Below are positions 9,862 through 21,153 of a DNA stretch of 64,000 nt, piece after piece. The notes beneath the pieces were generated by a model. It did no database searches. It was not told the origin of the DNA and saw only the letters and a program-made list of their open reading frames with translations. Both the position numbers and the translations under genes were made by a program. Source of the DNA: Candidatus Latescibacterota bacterium (lineage in GTDB: Bacteria; Latescibacterota; UBA2968; UBA8231); contig CBDAOB010000002.1 in assembly GCA_965197905.1 (NCBI GenBank), forward strand, positions 64,001 to 128,000, in the 5' to 3' direction. Each line of letters begins with the position of its first letter. Within the stretch, counting starts at the first letter, position 1.

Positions 9862-11466
9862 TCAGACTTCGATCTCGACATCCCCCTGAGATTTCGCCTG
9901 ACAGGCCAGAATCACACCCTGGTCCTTTTCTTCGCGGGTAAGCGCGATTTCACAGTCCATTGAAACACTTCCCGATAGGAGCTTCACTTTGCAGCTGCCG
10001 CAGGTTCCAGACCGGCAGGCATTGTCGATCTCGACACCGATCGAGTCAGCAACGTCAAGGATGGATTCATCCTCTGGCAGTGGCGCCGACTCCCCTGTTG
10101 GACCGAATGTGACCGTGAAGTCACTGGCGGAACCCGGCACTCGATCGTTGGACTTCGGTTTGGGTTTTCTCTTTGCGGTCCCGAACGCTTCTATCCTGAC
10201 CTTCTCCTGTGGAACTTCGAGCCCTCCCACGATGGCTTGAGCATCACGCATCATTGATTCAGGTCCACAGATATGTATCAAACGCTCGGTGATATCGGGC
10301 ACGAAACCGTTGATCAACTCCTTGTCTATTCGTCCCACTGGGCCTGACCAGTCATCGCCCGGGCGCGTCAACGTGACCTTGACATGGAGGTTGGAATGCC
10401 GCTCCTCGAGTCTGCCGATCTCCTCGGCGAAGATAAAATCCTGAACGGTGCGAAAAGATAGAATCACAAAAATATCACCGTCCCACTTCTTATCCGTGAG
10501 GTAGCGAACCACACTCATTATGGGCGTGATGCCCACGCCGGCGGCAATGAGGACAATGCTGTTGTGTTGCTCTCCAGTGAACGTGAATCCGCCCGCCGGC
10601 GCCGAAAGTCGAAGCTGGTCGCCCGGTTTGATTTCGCTGTGCAAGTATCCGGAGACGAGCCCCTTTTCCTCGCGCTTAACCGTGATCTCGAGGCACTCCG
10701 GCCGTGTCGGACTGGAGGCGATCGTATAGGACCTCTTGATGCGCTTGCCCGCCGGTTCGATCTCCAACGTCAGAAATTGCCCGGGCAGATACTCGAAAGG
10801 AATGTTGCCCCCGTCCGGCGGCACCAAACGGAACGTCCTCACGTTTGCCGTCTCTTCGATGACTTCGGCGACCTTCAAAGTACCGGAGAAGCGGCCTGGA
10901 TTCGGATCGCAACAGGGGCATTCCTCTAGGTCCTGAACCTGCTCCTCGGTATACCTTGGGTTGATATGCTGGGGGCAGTTCACATCCCACAGCGAGAGGC
11001 GAAACACGAAGGCACGCTCCGGCTTTCCGGGATAGTTAGGGTCGGCTAGTTTCTCCAGCAGCTCCGGATCATCGTCCACGACCTTTGCGGTACCCCAGAT
11101 CTTTATTCGTTTCCGATTGACGTAGTCCATCAGAAAGATGAACGCTTTGTCGTTCTCGTTGAGGTTGCCGTAGGAGATGTACTGGCAATTGCCGATAAAA
11201 TCTGCGAATCCCAGGGTGCGGTCATCGATGACCTTCAAGAAACCCTTGGGGCCACCACGGTGTTGAATGTAAGGTTGGCCTTCTGCGTTCGCGGTTCCCA
11301 GATAAAACGAATCCCGCTCCGCGATGAATTCCACCAGCTCGGGTGTTATTGTGTCCAGCCACCAGTCTGGATCCTGTTCGGTCTCCTGGTAATTCGCCCG
11401 GGAGCCATTTCGGCTCTGAAGCGTTTTGACGGCTGGCGTGAAGGCAACATCGCTACGGGCGTTCAT
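9862..11466 (-). CDS. fusion: pyridoxamine 5'-phosphate oxidase-like FMN domain + FAD/NAD(P)H FNR-type reductase + [2Fe-2S] ferredoxin
   Basis: PYIQHRGGPKGF (PNPOx-like), RSYTIAS, AAGVGITP, ICGP, CRSGTCGSC...ILACQA; ATG 11466 has a GAGGAG RBS. Confidence 0.9.
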   Translation of the reverse strand: MNARSDVAFTPAVKTLQSRNGSRANYQETEQDPDWWLDTITPELVEFIAERDSFYLGTANAEGQPYIQHRGGPKGFLKVIDDRTLGFADFIGNCQYISYGNLNENDKAFIFLMDYVNRKRIKIWGTAKVVDDDPELLEKLADPNYPGKPERAFVFRLSLWDVNCPQHINPRYTEEQVQDLEECPCCDPNPGRFSGTLKVAEVIEETANVRTFRLVPPDGGNIPFEYLPGQFLTLEIEPAGKRIKRSYTIASSPTRPECLEITVKREEKGLVSGYLHSEIKPGDQLRLSAPAGGFTFTGEQHNSIVLIAAGVGITPIMSVVRYLTDKKWDGDIFVILSFRTVQDFIFAEEIGRLEERHSNLHVKVTLTRPGDDWSGPVGRIDKELINGFVPDITERLIHICGPESMMRDAQAIVGGLEVPQEKVRIEAFGTAKRKPKPKSNDRVPGSASDFTVTFGPTGESAPLPEDESILDVADSIGVEIDNACRSGTCGSCKVKLLSGSVSMDCEIALTREEKDQGVILACQAKSQGDVEIEV

Positions 11467-11545
11467 GGCGGTTCTCCTCATTGACTTCGTTTCTATTTTA
11501 GCGATCGTTCGCCGCATTCCGTAGGATGGGTCAATGCGTTTGCAA

Positions 11546-11893
11546 CTACAGCAGCGCCCTCACCTTGTTTTCTAGTTCAGTTCGGGACGTCATACCAACA
11601 ACCAAGTCTACCACTGCGCCGCTCTTCAGGAAAACCAGGGCGGGAACCGACACCAGACCAAACCTGTCTACGATCTGACGATTCCGGTCTGCGTCGACCG
11701 TCCCGAAGGTTGCTGCGCCTGCAAATACCTCGGCTAAATGGCGGAGAGAACAGCGCACGATCTCGGCAGATCCGCTCCAAGCTGTGCTGACACATGCTAC
11801 CACAAGCTGTGGGTTTTGTACTACGAGTTTCTCGAAGTTTTCGTCGGATATCACTTCTGTTTTGGTTTGGCTTGTCACTTTGGCTGTCTCCAT
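11546..11893 (-). CDS. thioredoxin-fold protein lacking CxxC
   Basis: ISDENFEKLV...AWSGSAEIV...VDADRN...FGLVSVPALVFLKSG...VGMTSRTEL matches the Trx pattern, with WCGPC replaced by WSGSA. Confidence 0.8.
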   Translation of the reverse strand: METAKVTSQTKTEVISDENFEKLVVQNPQLVVACVSTAWSGSAEIVRCSLRHLAEVFAGAATFGTVDADRNRQIVDRFGLVSVPALVFLKSGAVVDLVVGMTSRTELENKVRALL

Positions 11894-11899
11894 ATCCCA

Positions 11900-11929
11900 G
11901 ATGCCGCCCCTCCTAAAAAGGGCGGCATC
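11900..11929 (-). terminator. GC-rich hairpin between hydrolase and thioredoxin-like genes (partial terminator or mRNA-stabilising stem)
   Basis: GATGCCGCCC-10 nt loop-GGGCGGCATC, perfect 10-bp stem; no clear U-tract. Confidence 0.4.
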
Positions 11930-11962
11930 GTTGTCAGCAACGTGGCCTCTGTGGAGTGGACA

Positions 11963-12727
11963 TCAGCTCCCAGTGGCGGCCTCTTGAATCGACTGCATAG
12001 CCTCGAGAGTCGTCCAGACGGCGTTGGCCATGAAGCGGAAGTTCACCAGGGCTGCGTCGTACCCGTTCCCTTCAGGCACTTTGGCTGCGGCTGTTGCGTC
12101 TGAGACAACGGCCACCTCGAAACCCCGCTCCAAAAATTCACGCATGTGGGCTTCGGTGCACAGGTTCGCGGACATACCCCCGAGTATGACTTTGTCGATG
12201 CCCCGCTTTCTCAATTGCAGCATCAGATCGTTGTTTTCGGGTCCGTATACCTTGTGGGGATTCGCAACTACCGTCTCTCCGTCATCGATGTAAGGTTTGT
12301 ATATTTCGAGCCAGTCGGCCCCCGAACCCTCGAAACCTTCGAGACTGAGAGGGTCCTTCCGATCGAACATCCCGATGTTGTGCATCAGCACTTCGAGAGC
12401 TCCCTCGAATTTCCAGCCGTGATCGCTTGGATAGTAGTAGTGTGGTGAGATAAAGACAGGGATGCCGTTCTCCTTGGCGGTCTTGAACAGCGACTCGATG
12501 TTGGCCACGGTGTTGTTTTCGGTGACGCTTTCACCCACCACACCTCAGGTCACTCCCTCAGGACTGAGGAAATCGTTCTGCGGATCTGTGATTACAAGGG
12601 CGGTTCGTTCAGGGTCGATCTGCATCCCCGGATTGGGCAGCCCGTGGGCAGTAGATATTGCCCCGGCGATGACGAGCACGAACATCCACGTAGCTGACTT
12701 TGCTGAATACTGCTTTAGAGACTTCAT
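11963..12727 (-). CDS. cysteine hydrolase (isochorismatase family) with signal-peptide-like N-terminus, interrupted by in-frame TGA at 12545-12547
   Basis: TALVITDPQNDFLSPEGVT*GVVGESV...PHKVYGP...GMSANLCTEAH; both ORF-track pieces are in the same frame; GGAGG RBS before ATG 12727. Confidence 0.85.
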
Positions 12728-12801
12728 GATACGAACCTCCATGTTTGAATAAATTTGCTGGAACCTTCGGATTTTCGTGAGGCCATCACTGCCGACCCTT
12801 T

Positions 12802-12817
12802 TGCAACCTCTGTGCCA
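12802..12817 (-). promoter_or_regulatory. sigma54 -24/-12 promoter for the hydrolase/thioredoxin/reductase operon
   Basis: TGGCACAGAGGTTGCA on minus strand; GG-N10-GC spacing is exact. Confidence 0.85.
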
Positions 12818-12919
12818 AAGCTATTGCATCATGCGCCAGATATTGCCTAACTATAACGGCCAGAGTAATGTGCGAGCGAAATACCAGCTCGTAGTCCGAG
12901 ACCTGATCGCGCCGACAAA

Positions 12920-12952
12920 CCGTTAAATACCGTGGGCTCCACGATATATCAC
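12920..12952 (-). promoter_or_regulatory. putative upstream activator sequence (enhancer) for the sigma54 activator, left copy
   Basis: GTGATATATCGTGGAGCCCACGGTATTTAACGG, 24/33 identical to 15044-15076. Confidence 0.65.
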
Positions 12953-13029
12953 AGAAAACCTGGGCGCTGTGCCCACGTGCACGATAAGAAGCCGACCACG
13001 GTCGGCTCGGGGTCAACTGAAGGCATGCA

Positions 13030-15002
<1,973 letters not shown>

Positions 15003-15043
15003 CGCAACCAACCCCAATAAAACGAATCTCGCCCCGATTATCC

Positions 15044-15076
15044 GTGATATATCGTAGGGGCTCCGATATATCATGG
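15044..15076 (+). promoter_or_regulatory. putative upstream activator sequence, right copy (two GATATATC palindromes)
   Basis: GTGATATATCGTAGGGGCTCCGATATATCATGG, followed by an AT-rich tract (15115-15148) and then a sigma54 promoter. Confidence 0.65.
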
Positions 15077-15167
15077 CTTTTGGCGACTCGCCGTCTCCCA
15101 CATCTACATCCAGCAACAACTTGTTTTTTATATATGTTATGAAATAATCTTCCGCCCCGATTTTGGC

Positions 15168-15183
15168 TGGCACCAAAGTTGCG
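15168..15183 (+). promoter_or_regulatory. sigma54 -24/-12 promoter for the deiodinase-like gene
   Basis: TGGCACCAAAGTTGCG; GG-N10-GC spacing is exact. Confidence 0.8.
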
Positions 15184-15254
15184 AAAGTAGGAGTTGTCTG
15201 CAGAGCGCAGGCGGCTTACCGAAGAGTTGGTACTCTCAAAATGGAGAGGCGACA

Positions 15255-16115
15255 ATGGACACTACAACCGCAACCGAAACCCTGATCAATGCCAAACGGT
15301 CGACGGCAGGCGCAGCGATCAGTGACGTGAGCGACTACCGATACGAAACCTTCCGCGCCGGCCTGCTTATGAACGACGCACGGTTCTCGTCCGGCGCTCT
15401 CAGGCCGGGTCAACTTCTCCCCGACCAACGTCTGATCCAGCCGGATGGCGAAGAAACCTCGCTGCGCACGGTGGCCGCCGGCCGGCCGATCGTGCTCGTA
15501 ACCGGCTCGCTGACCTGCCCTCTCAGCATCAGCTCGCTGCCCTTGTTCACGGAATTGAACCGCACCTACGGAGACCGGGTTGCTTTTGCTTTTATCTACA
15601 CCCGCGAGGCTCATCCCGGCGAAAACGTGAGACAACCTGCAAGTCTTGCAGAGAAAAGAAAGCATGCCCGCCAACTGCAGGAGATGCACGGAGTCGAATG
15701 GCCGGTGCTTGTGGACGATCTAGACGGCACCGTGCACCGGATGCTAGATACCAAGCAGAATTCCCTCCACATCGCCGATGCCAGCGGCCGGATCGTATTT
15801 CGGGCTCTCTTCGCAGGTGATAGCAGGGTGGGAGAGGCGATTGCCGCCGTTGCCGACGAGGACCTGCCTCGCAAGAGCCAGATCCATGGCATGCTAGCCG
15901 GTTCCATGAGGTCGATCGGTTACATTGACGAGACGCTTCGGCAGGCAGGCTCTAAAGCATACCGCGACGTCATGAAGGCTGTCCCGCCGATGGCGGCCAT
16001 GGCATTGATGGCTCGCGCCTTTCCTTCCCTGCCTAGAGCCAAACGTGGTTGGGCCGCGGCTGGCGCTTCGATGCTTGGAGCTGCTGCCATTCTGATAGGG
16101 ATGGCTACTCTGTGA
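15255..16115 (+). CDS. iodothyronine deiodinase-like/redoxin thioredoxin-fold protein with hydrophobic C-terminus
   Basis: PIVLVTGSLTCP, FIYTREAHP, VLVDDLDGTVH motifs; Cys (TGC), not Sec, at the active site; GGAGAGG RBS. Confidence 0.8.
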   Translation: MDTTTATETLINAKRSTAGAAISDVSDYRYETFRAGLLMNDARFSSGALRPGQLLPDQRLIQPDGEETSLRTVAAGRPIVLVTGSLTCPLSISSLPLFTELNRTYGDRVAFAFIYTREAHPGENVRQPASLAEKRKHARQLQEMHGVEWPVLVDDLDGTVHRMLDTKQNSLHIADASGRIVFRALFAGDSRVGEAIAAVADEDLPRKSQIHGMLAGSMRSIGYIDETLRQAGSKAYRDVMKAVPPMAAMALMARAFPSLPRAKRGWAAAGASMLGAAAILIGMATL

Positions 16116-16224
16116 GTCGATAGCCGTCAGGTGGGTTGCGGGCGTTCCGGCGTTGCAGCTGCAGTCGCGCCCGCCCGATGGCGTCGGATTCGACCTTGGG
16201 GACCGGTTGGAACCGTGATAGTCT

Positions 16225-17226
16225 CTAAGTACCCACGCGGTAAATGTGCTCGACAAGCTCCATGCTCTTGACCGCATCGGCAAAGTGGGTCAGTGGTTGC
16301 CGCCCTTCCTTAACGCAGTCGATGAAATGCCTATCTTCGTGCCAGAATCCCATCCAATTTACCGACGTGTCATCACCGGTCACGCCTACCTTCGTCGCAA
16401 ACTCCTTCGAGTCGTACACCTCGTGCACTCCATCGCCGGCTTTGATGTAGGATTGGGTGGCAGCGTCCACATAGGCGGAGGCGTCCTTGCCGTTGATCTC
16501 TGCCCGAAAAACGCCAATGCGGCTGACATAGCTGAAGCTCAAGATGCCAACCGCGCCTGAGCTGAACGACACCAGGGCGGTATATTCGTTGGGATAAGGT
16601 CCCGGCATGTAGCGGGTGCGGACGTGGGCGGCGACGTCCTCGACCTCGCCTCCACACAGGAATCTGAGGTTGTCGACAGCGTGGATTCCATCCACCGTCA
16701 AGGGGTCAATCACTCCGCCGTAGACCCCGGAGGGTTTGCCATGCGGTCGGTTAGGGCCGCCCTTGAGGAAGCTGACCGATGCCTGATGGATCGGCCCGCT
16801 CTCTTCGACCCGCTTCTTGAGTGCCGTCAGTGCGGGAATATGCCGGCGCTGAAATCCCACCGCCGTGAGGCACGAATTTTCCTCGGCGAAATAGGCGAGC
16901 ATCTGGGCTTGCTTGGAGTTCATCCCCAGCGGCTTCTCCACAAACAGGTGCCGGCCCTGTTGGAGAATTGTAGCTGCCGGCGCAAAGAGATCCTGCGGCA
17001 TCATGATGCAATACACGACCTGCGGATCGACCTCGGCCAGCATCTCCTCGTAGTCGGTAAAGACCTGCGGAATACTGAATCGCTCGGCGGTTTCCCTGGC
17101 CTTTTCCTCCACCAAGTCGCACGTAGCCACCAACTCCACATCGGGCAAGCTGGCCAGGCAAGGATAGTGTATGCTATTGGCCAGATTGCCCGCCCCAACA
17201 AATCCCACTCGAACTTTGTCTGCCAT
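16225..17226 (-). CDS. Gfo/Idh/MocA family oxidoreductase
   Basis: VGFVGAG, LFVEKP, GIHAVD. Confidence 0.9.
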   Translation of the reverse strand: MADKVRVGFVGAGNLANSIHYPCLASLPDVELVATCDLVEEKARETAERFSIPQVFTDYEEMLAEVDPQVVYCIMMPQDLFAPAATILQQGRHLFVEKPLGMNSKQAQMLAYFAEENSCLTAVGFQRRHIPALTALKKRVEESGPIHQASVSFLKGGPNRPHGKPSGVYGGVIDPLTVDGIHAVDNLRFLCGGEVEDVAAHVRTRYMPGPYPNEYTALVSFSSGAVGILSFSYVSRIGVFRAEINGKDASAYVDAATQSYIKAGDGVHEVYDSKEFATKVGVTGDDTSVNWMGFWHEDRHFIDCVKEGRQPLTHFADAVKSMELVEHIYRVGT

Positions 17227-17388
17227 GATTCTACTCTCTCTTCCGCTTCGTAGTTTTCACTTGAAATTTCCCTTGCGTACGGTCGTACCAAGGGAGCTGT
17301 TCAACGGCTGAACGACGACTCGCCTTTCGGCCCGCGGGCGTAAATTCGGCGCGCGGGTTGTCGAGATCAGACAACCCCTGTTCCAGCC

Positions 17389-18174
17389 TTAACCTGCGGC
17401 GGCCGCATCGACCTGCGGCTCCGGCTGGCCCACCGCGTTCTTGCCATTCAACAACAGCGGTTCGGCGCTCCTCCACAACCCGCTGCCGTCGGGCTTCAAC
17501 AGCGGCTCGGCCGAGTACTGCGCCAGATAACTTCGGCGCATGAGCGACGTGCTGTTGGAGCCGCTGGAGTGGAAGTTCACGCTGCTGAAGACGACGATGC
17601 TGCCCGCCGGCACGATCGCTGCCACCCCCGGATCGTCGCCGAAATAACCGATCAGATCGTTCGAACCTTCTTCGTGAATGTGTTTTACGAAGGAACGGAT
17701 GCCGACGCGGGTGAACGGCATCACTCTCACCGTTCCGTTCGCTTCCGACATGTCGTCCAGGGCGCACCAGCAGCTGAGGTAAGGTAAGTGGTCCGGATAA
17801 CCGACGTAGCCCGAGTCCTGGTGCCAGCTGAACTTCATGCCGATGTCGGCCCCTTTGATTACGTACTGCTCGTTGAAGAGATACACATTCTCGCCCAGGG
17901 TGGCACGACAGATCTCGGCCATCAGATCGCTGAACAAAAAATCGTTCAGCTCCGGCTCTGTCTCGTGCATGCGCGATCTGAAATAGCGCTTGTTCCTGTG
18001 ATTGAGGCGGTTGCTGTCGGTGCTCAGCTCGTCCATCTCGGCGTCGGCCAGGTCGATGGCCAGCTGGCATTTGCCGCGCAGCATCTCCAGGAAATGATCC
18101 GGGATCACCTTTTCCAGGAAGAAATAGCCATCCTCGACGTACTGCTGTTTCTGTTGTTTGCTTACTAATGCCAA
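17389..18174 (-). CDS. phytanoyl-CoA dioxygenase (PhyH) family Fe(II)/2OG oxygenase
   Basis: YVEDGYF, WHQDSG, WCALDD..NG, FHSSGSN..RR. Confidence 0.9.
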   Translation of the reverse strand: MALVSKQQKQQYVEDGYFFLEKVIPDHFLEMLRGKCQLAIDLADAEMDELSTDSNRLNHRNKRYFRSRMHETEPELNDFLFSDLMAEICRATLGENVYLFNEQYVIKGADIGMKFSWHQDSGYVGYPDHLPYLSCWCALDDMSEANGTVRVMPFTRVGIRSFVKHIHEEGSNDLIGYFGDDPGVAAIVPAGSIVVFSSVNFHSSGSNSTSLMRRSYLAQYSAEPLLKPDGSGLWRSAEPLLLNGKNAVGQPEPQVDAAAAG

Positions 18175-18198
18175 ATTCGCCCTCGGTCTATGTCATGT

Positions 18199-19203
18199 CT
18201 ACGCCGCCAGCACCTGGCGCGCCGCGGCGGTCGTTTCTCGCACCTGGTCCATCGTGCCCATGCCGAACATGGTAGCGGTAACTCCCACCTTGTTGAAAAC
18301 GAAGTCGAACGCCTGCGGCCCAAGGAACCGGCCGCCAGCCATCGGTTTGATCGACATCACCGGCTTCTTCGCGTTGGTGATGGCGTCGAGGGCGATCTCC
18401 TGGGTGGGGAACATGAAGGTGCCCGGCTTGTTGACGGTGGTCAGGTATCCATCCACCGGGATATTCTCTTGTTCGAGAAGGGGGATGGTGACTCCGGCGT
18501 GGTGCACGCTGGTGATCACCGTGTCGTAGCGCTCGCGCAGAAATGCGACGTATTCGCGAATCAGGTCGAAACGACCGGTCATCGCCAAGAGGTCGATCTC
18601 GGCGCCGGGATCGGCGATCAGGATATCGCAGCCCTCGAAGAAACCCAGATACCGCTCGAGGATGCCGTAGTCGACGGAGAGCTTCGCCGCCTCTTCCTCA
18701 GTGTAGGGCAGGACCTTCTCCGGGGTGGCCAGATCGTCGAACGAGCCGCCCATGGCGTAACGCACGATCTCGTCCTGGCGAATCTTTTCACGGAATTTCT
18801 CACCGCCCACCCGTTCGTTGTTCTGATAGAACGTGGAGTGAGCTCTAGGCGACCAGGAAACGATCTCGCCGTCCAGCACGATCGGCAGGAAAATGTAGGC
18901 TACCAGGGCGATATGCTTCTGCAAGGACTGCTCTGCCTCCCAGACTGCCTGCAGGTGGAGACGGTCCAGGGTCGGCAGCATATGATCGACCTGAACGGCG
19001 GTAATGCCGGCCTCGTCCACCGCGACCTTGATGACGTTGGCGACGTTTTCGACGCGGCCGAAGGCGTCGAAGTTCTCCGCATCCCGTTTCTTGTCTTGAT
19101 AGGAACAACCGTCGTACGGATGGATGCCCATGATCAGGCGAGGCACTTCCGCCTTTCCGACCTTGGCGGTCGGCACGCCACACGCTTCCAGATAACTCTG
19201 CAT
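18199..19203 (-). CDS. hypothetical TIM-barrel protein (aldo/keto reductase-like)
   Basis: VGKAEVPRLIMG N-terminus and SIKPMAGGR near the C-terminus; AGGAG RBS. Confidence 0.65.
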   Translation of the reverse strand: MQSYLEACGVPTAKVGKAEVPRLIMGIHPYDGCSYQDKKRDAENFDAFGRVENVANVIKVAVDEAGITAVQVDHMLPTLDRLHLQAVWEAEQSLQKHIALVAYIFLPIVLDGEIVSWSPRAHSTFYQNNERVGGEKFREKIRQDEIVRYAMGGSFDDLATPEKVLPYTEEEAAKLSVDYGILERYLGFFEGCDILIADPGAEIDLLAMTGRFDLIREYVAFLRERYDTVITSVHHAGVTIPLLEQENIPVDGYLTTVNKPGTFMFPTQEIALDAITNAKKPVMSIKPMAGGRFLGPQAFDFVFNKVGVTATMFGMGTMDQVRETTAAARQVLAA

Positions 19204-19245
19204 GATCGCTTTCTCCTATTCCTTATTGGTGGTCTCGAAAAGATA

Positions 19246-21153
19246 TCAAAAATCGAGGATGGGCAAATACCCTGACGGCTCCATCGCGTTCGGCCGGTAT
19301 CGGTACGGCACCGGCGGAACATTGGAACCAGGCCCCCAGATCTGCCACTCCCTGTCGTTGATGGTCATCAGGCAACCGGGTCCGTAGCCCGGAAGATCCA
19401 ACACGTTCACGGTGCGGATCCACCCGCACTCGTCCGGTAAGGGACGGATCAATCGACCGCTGCGCGGATCGCGGATGCCGCGCCGGTTGAGCGCCAGGTC
19501 GGCGCCGTCCACACCCCATGGGATGGCGCGATTGCCGGTTTCAGCGGACATCTCCATCCAGCGCTCGATCAGATTGAGCTCGTCGTCGAGAAGCACGGTG
19601 ACGCCCGGCTCCCGCCACTGGGTAGTAGTCAGTATCTGGTATCCGGCGCGCCCCGGAATAAAACGACCCAGCGCGTAAAGCTGCACGTGACCCCACTTGA
19701 GCTGGGTGAGAATCTCGCCGGTGTGCGGCTCCAGCTCCAACATGCCTTCTTCGCCGGCGGCGACGTAGAGCCTTGGCTGGGTGCGCAGGGCGAAATACCC
19801 GATGGCGTCAGAGTGGTCGGGCAGCCCCAGGTCCCATACTGTGTCTCCCGCCGGCGACAGCATGGAGCGGCTGGCGACCAGGTAATCCGGTTCGTCCGCG
19901 CGGATGCGCACTGGGAGGGGATGGTGGCCCGTGTTCAGCGCTTTGTGGTAGACCAGGTTCAGGTGGCAGTCGTAGACCCAGAGGTTCCAGTAGCGGTCCT
20001 TGATGTAGAATCCGGGCGGCTCTCCCAGCTTTGTGATCATGGGACGGAGCGCATCCCCCAGCAGGAGCTGGTGCGGGTCGTCGTCATCGCGGTAATGATT
20101 GGCGGGGGGTGTCTCCACCGTCTTGCGGTGCCCTCCGCTCAAGGCGTCGTGGATGTGAATGCCGAAGTCGGTGGTGAACACCAGCTCCCTGCGGCCATCC
20201 CCATCCAAGTCGAAACAATAGAGCGGCAGATCGCCGCCGCGGCTGATCGGGTACTCGTAGGATCCGCCGATGGTCCACATTGGTCCCCGCAGCAGGTGTT
20301 GACAATGCAATTGGGTGCCCAGCGATTCGTCGCCGATGAGCTCGGGCAGTCCGTCGCCATCCACATCGTGGAAGATCACCCGCCCCTCGCGCAGTCCCGG
20401 CATCAGCTCGCCTTTGGCAAGCAGCTTTATCTCTGGGGCTTCCGGAAGCGGCATTCTCGACTCCACCAACGCGCTGCCCTCAACGTCTACCGTTCCGTAG
20501 GTCGACTCGCCCTCGCAAACCAGGGCGCATTTGCCGAAGGCATAGGTCGAATCGCGAACAGTGGCCATCGGTCCATGCTCCAGGCCGGCCTCCAAACGAT
20601 CTCCCTGCGCCGACACCACCAGCCGGTATTCATCCGGGTCGCCATCCAACGGGATCCGCGCCAGCTCCTGGTGGTTGTCGCCACTGCGCAGCACGATGCG
20701 CAGGCCCACCCCGCGCTCGACGGTGACGGCGTAATAGTGTCGCCCGTCCCGGTAGCGGAAAGCGATGCCGCTGTGTCCGTCCCGGCCCCCCTGAACGATG
20801 CCCCGCAGCTTGCAGTCGGTCCACTGCCAGTTGCCGAAGGCGAGAATGGAGATCGGAGGATTCTGGATGAGCACGAAGGGCTTTACGTCGCCGGACTCGC
20901 CGGATCGGTCGAATTCGGCCTGCAGCCGTCCGCGGCGGATCTCGTACTCCTTGGCGCGGCTGCGAATCTGGCGCACCCGACCGCACTCCACGATCCAGTT
21001 CGGTGCCGACCAGCTAGAGAGCAGTGACTCCTCGCGCACCTGACCAACCCCGAAGGTGTTGTCCACTTGGCGCAGGATCAGGTCGTCGGTCTGCAGCTTC
21101 TCGAAGTTGAGCTGGTACTCGAACGGTTCGGTGGGAAGACCAGTAATATCCAT
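19246..21153 (-). CDS. hypothetical protein: N-terminal beta-sandwich (DUF1080-like) + FG-GAP/PL11-like propeller
   Basis: GIAFRYRDGRHYY, HDVDGDGLPE, FDLDGDGRRE, IKDRYWNLW, TGHHP, DHSD. Confidence 0.6.
   Translation of the reverse strand: MDITGLPTEPFEYQLNFEKLQTDDLILRQVDNTFGVGQVREESLLSSWSAPNWIVECGRVRQIRSRAKEYEIRRGRLQAEFDRSGESGDVKPFVLIQNPPISILAFGNWQWTDCKLRGIVQGGRDGHSGIAFRYRDGRHYYAVTVERGVGLRIVLRSGDNHQELARIPLDGDPDEYRLVVSAQGDRLEAGLEHGPMATVRDSTYAFGKCALVCEGESTYGTVDVEGSALVESRMPLPEAPEIKLLAKGELMPGLREGRVIFHDVDGDGLPELIGDESLGTQLHCQHLLRGPMWTIGGSYEYPISRGGDLPLYCFDLDGDGRRELVFTTDFGIHIHDALSGGHRKTVETPPANHYRDDDDPHQLLLGDALRPMITKLGEPPGFYIKDRYWNLWVYDCHLNLVYHKALNTGHHPLPVRIRADEPDYLVASRSMLSPAGDTVWDLGLPDHSDAIGYFALRTQPRLYVAAGEEGMLELEPHTGEILTQLKWGHVQLYALGRFIPGRAGYQILTTTQWREPGVTVLLDDELNLIERWMEMSAETGNRAIPWGVDGADLALNRRGIRDPRSGRLIRPLPDECGWIRTVNVLDLPGYGPGCLMTINDREWQIWGPGSNVPPVPYRYRPNAMEPSGYLPILDF

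Noticed and set aside
16123..16182. Long imperfect hairpin just after the deiodinase-like gene, considered as a SECIS
   Set aside because: The gene has TGC (Cys) at the active site and no in-frame TGA; the hairpin lies between convergent genes and is more simply a terminator or stabiliser
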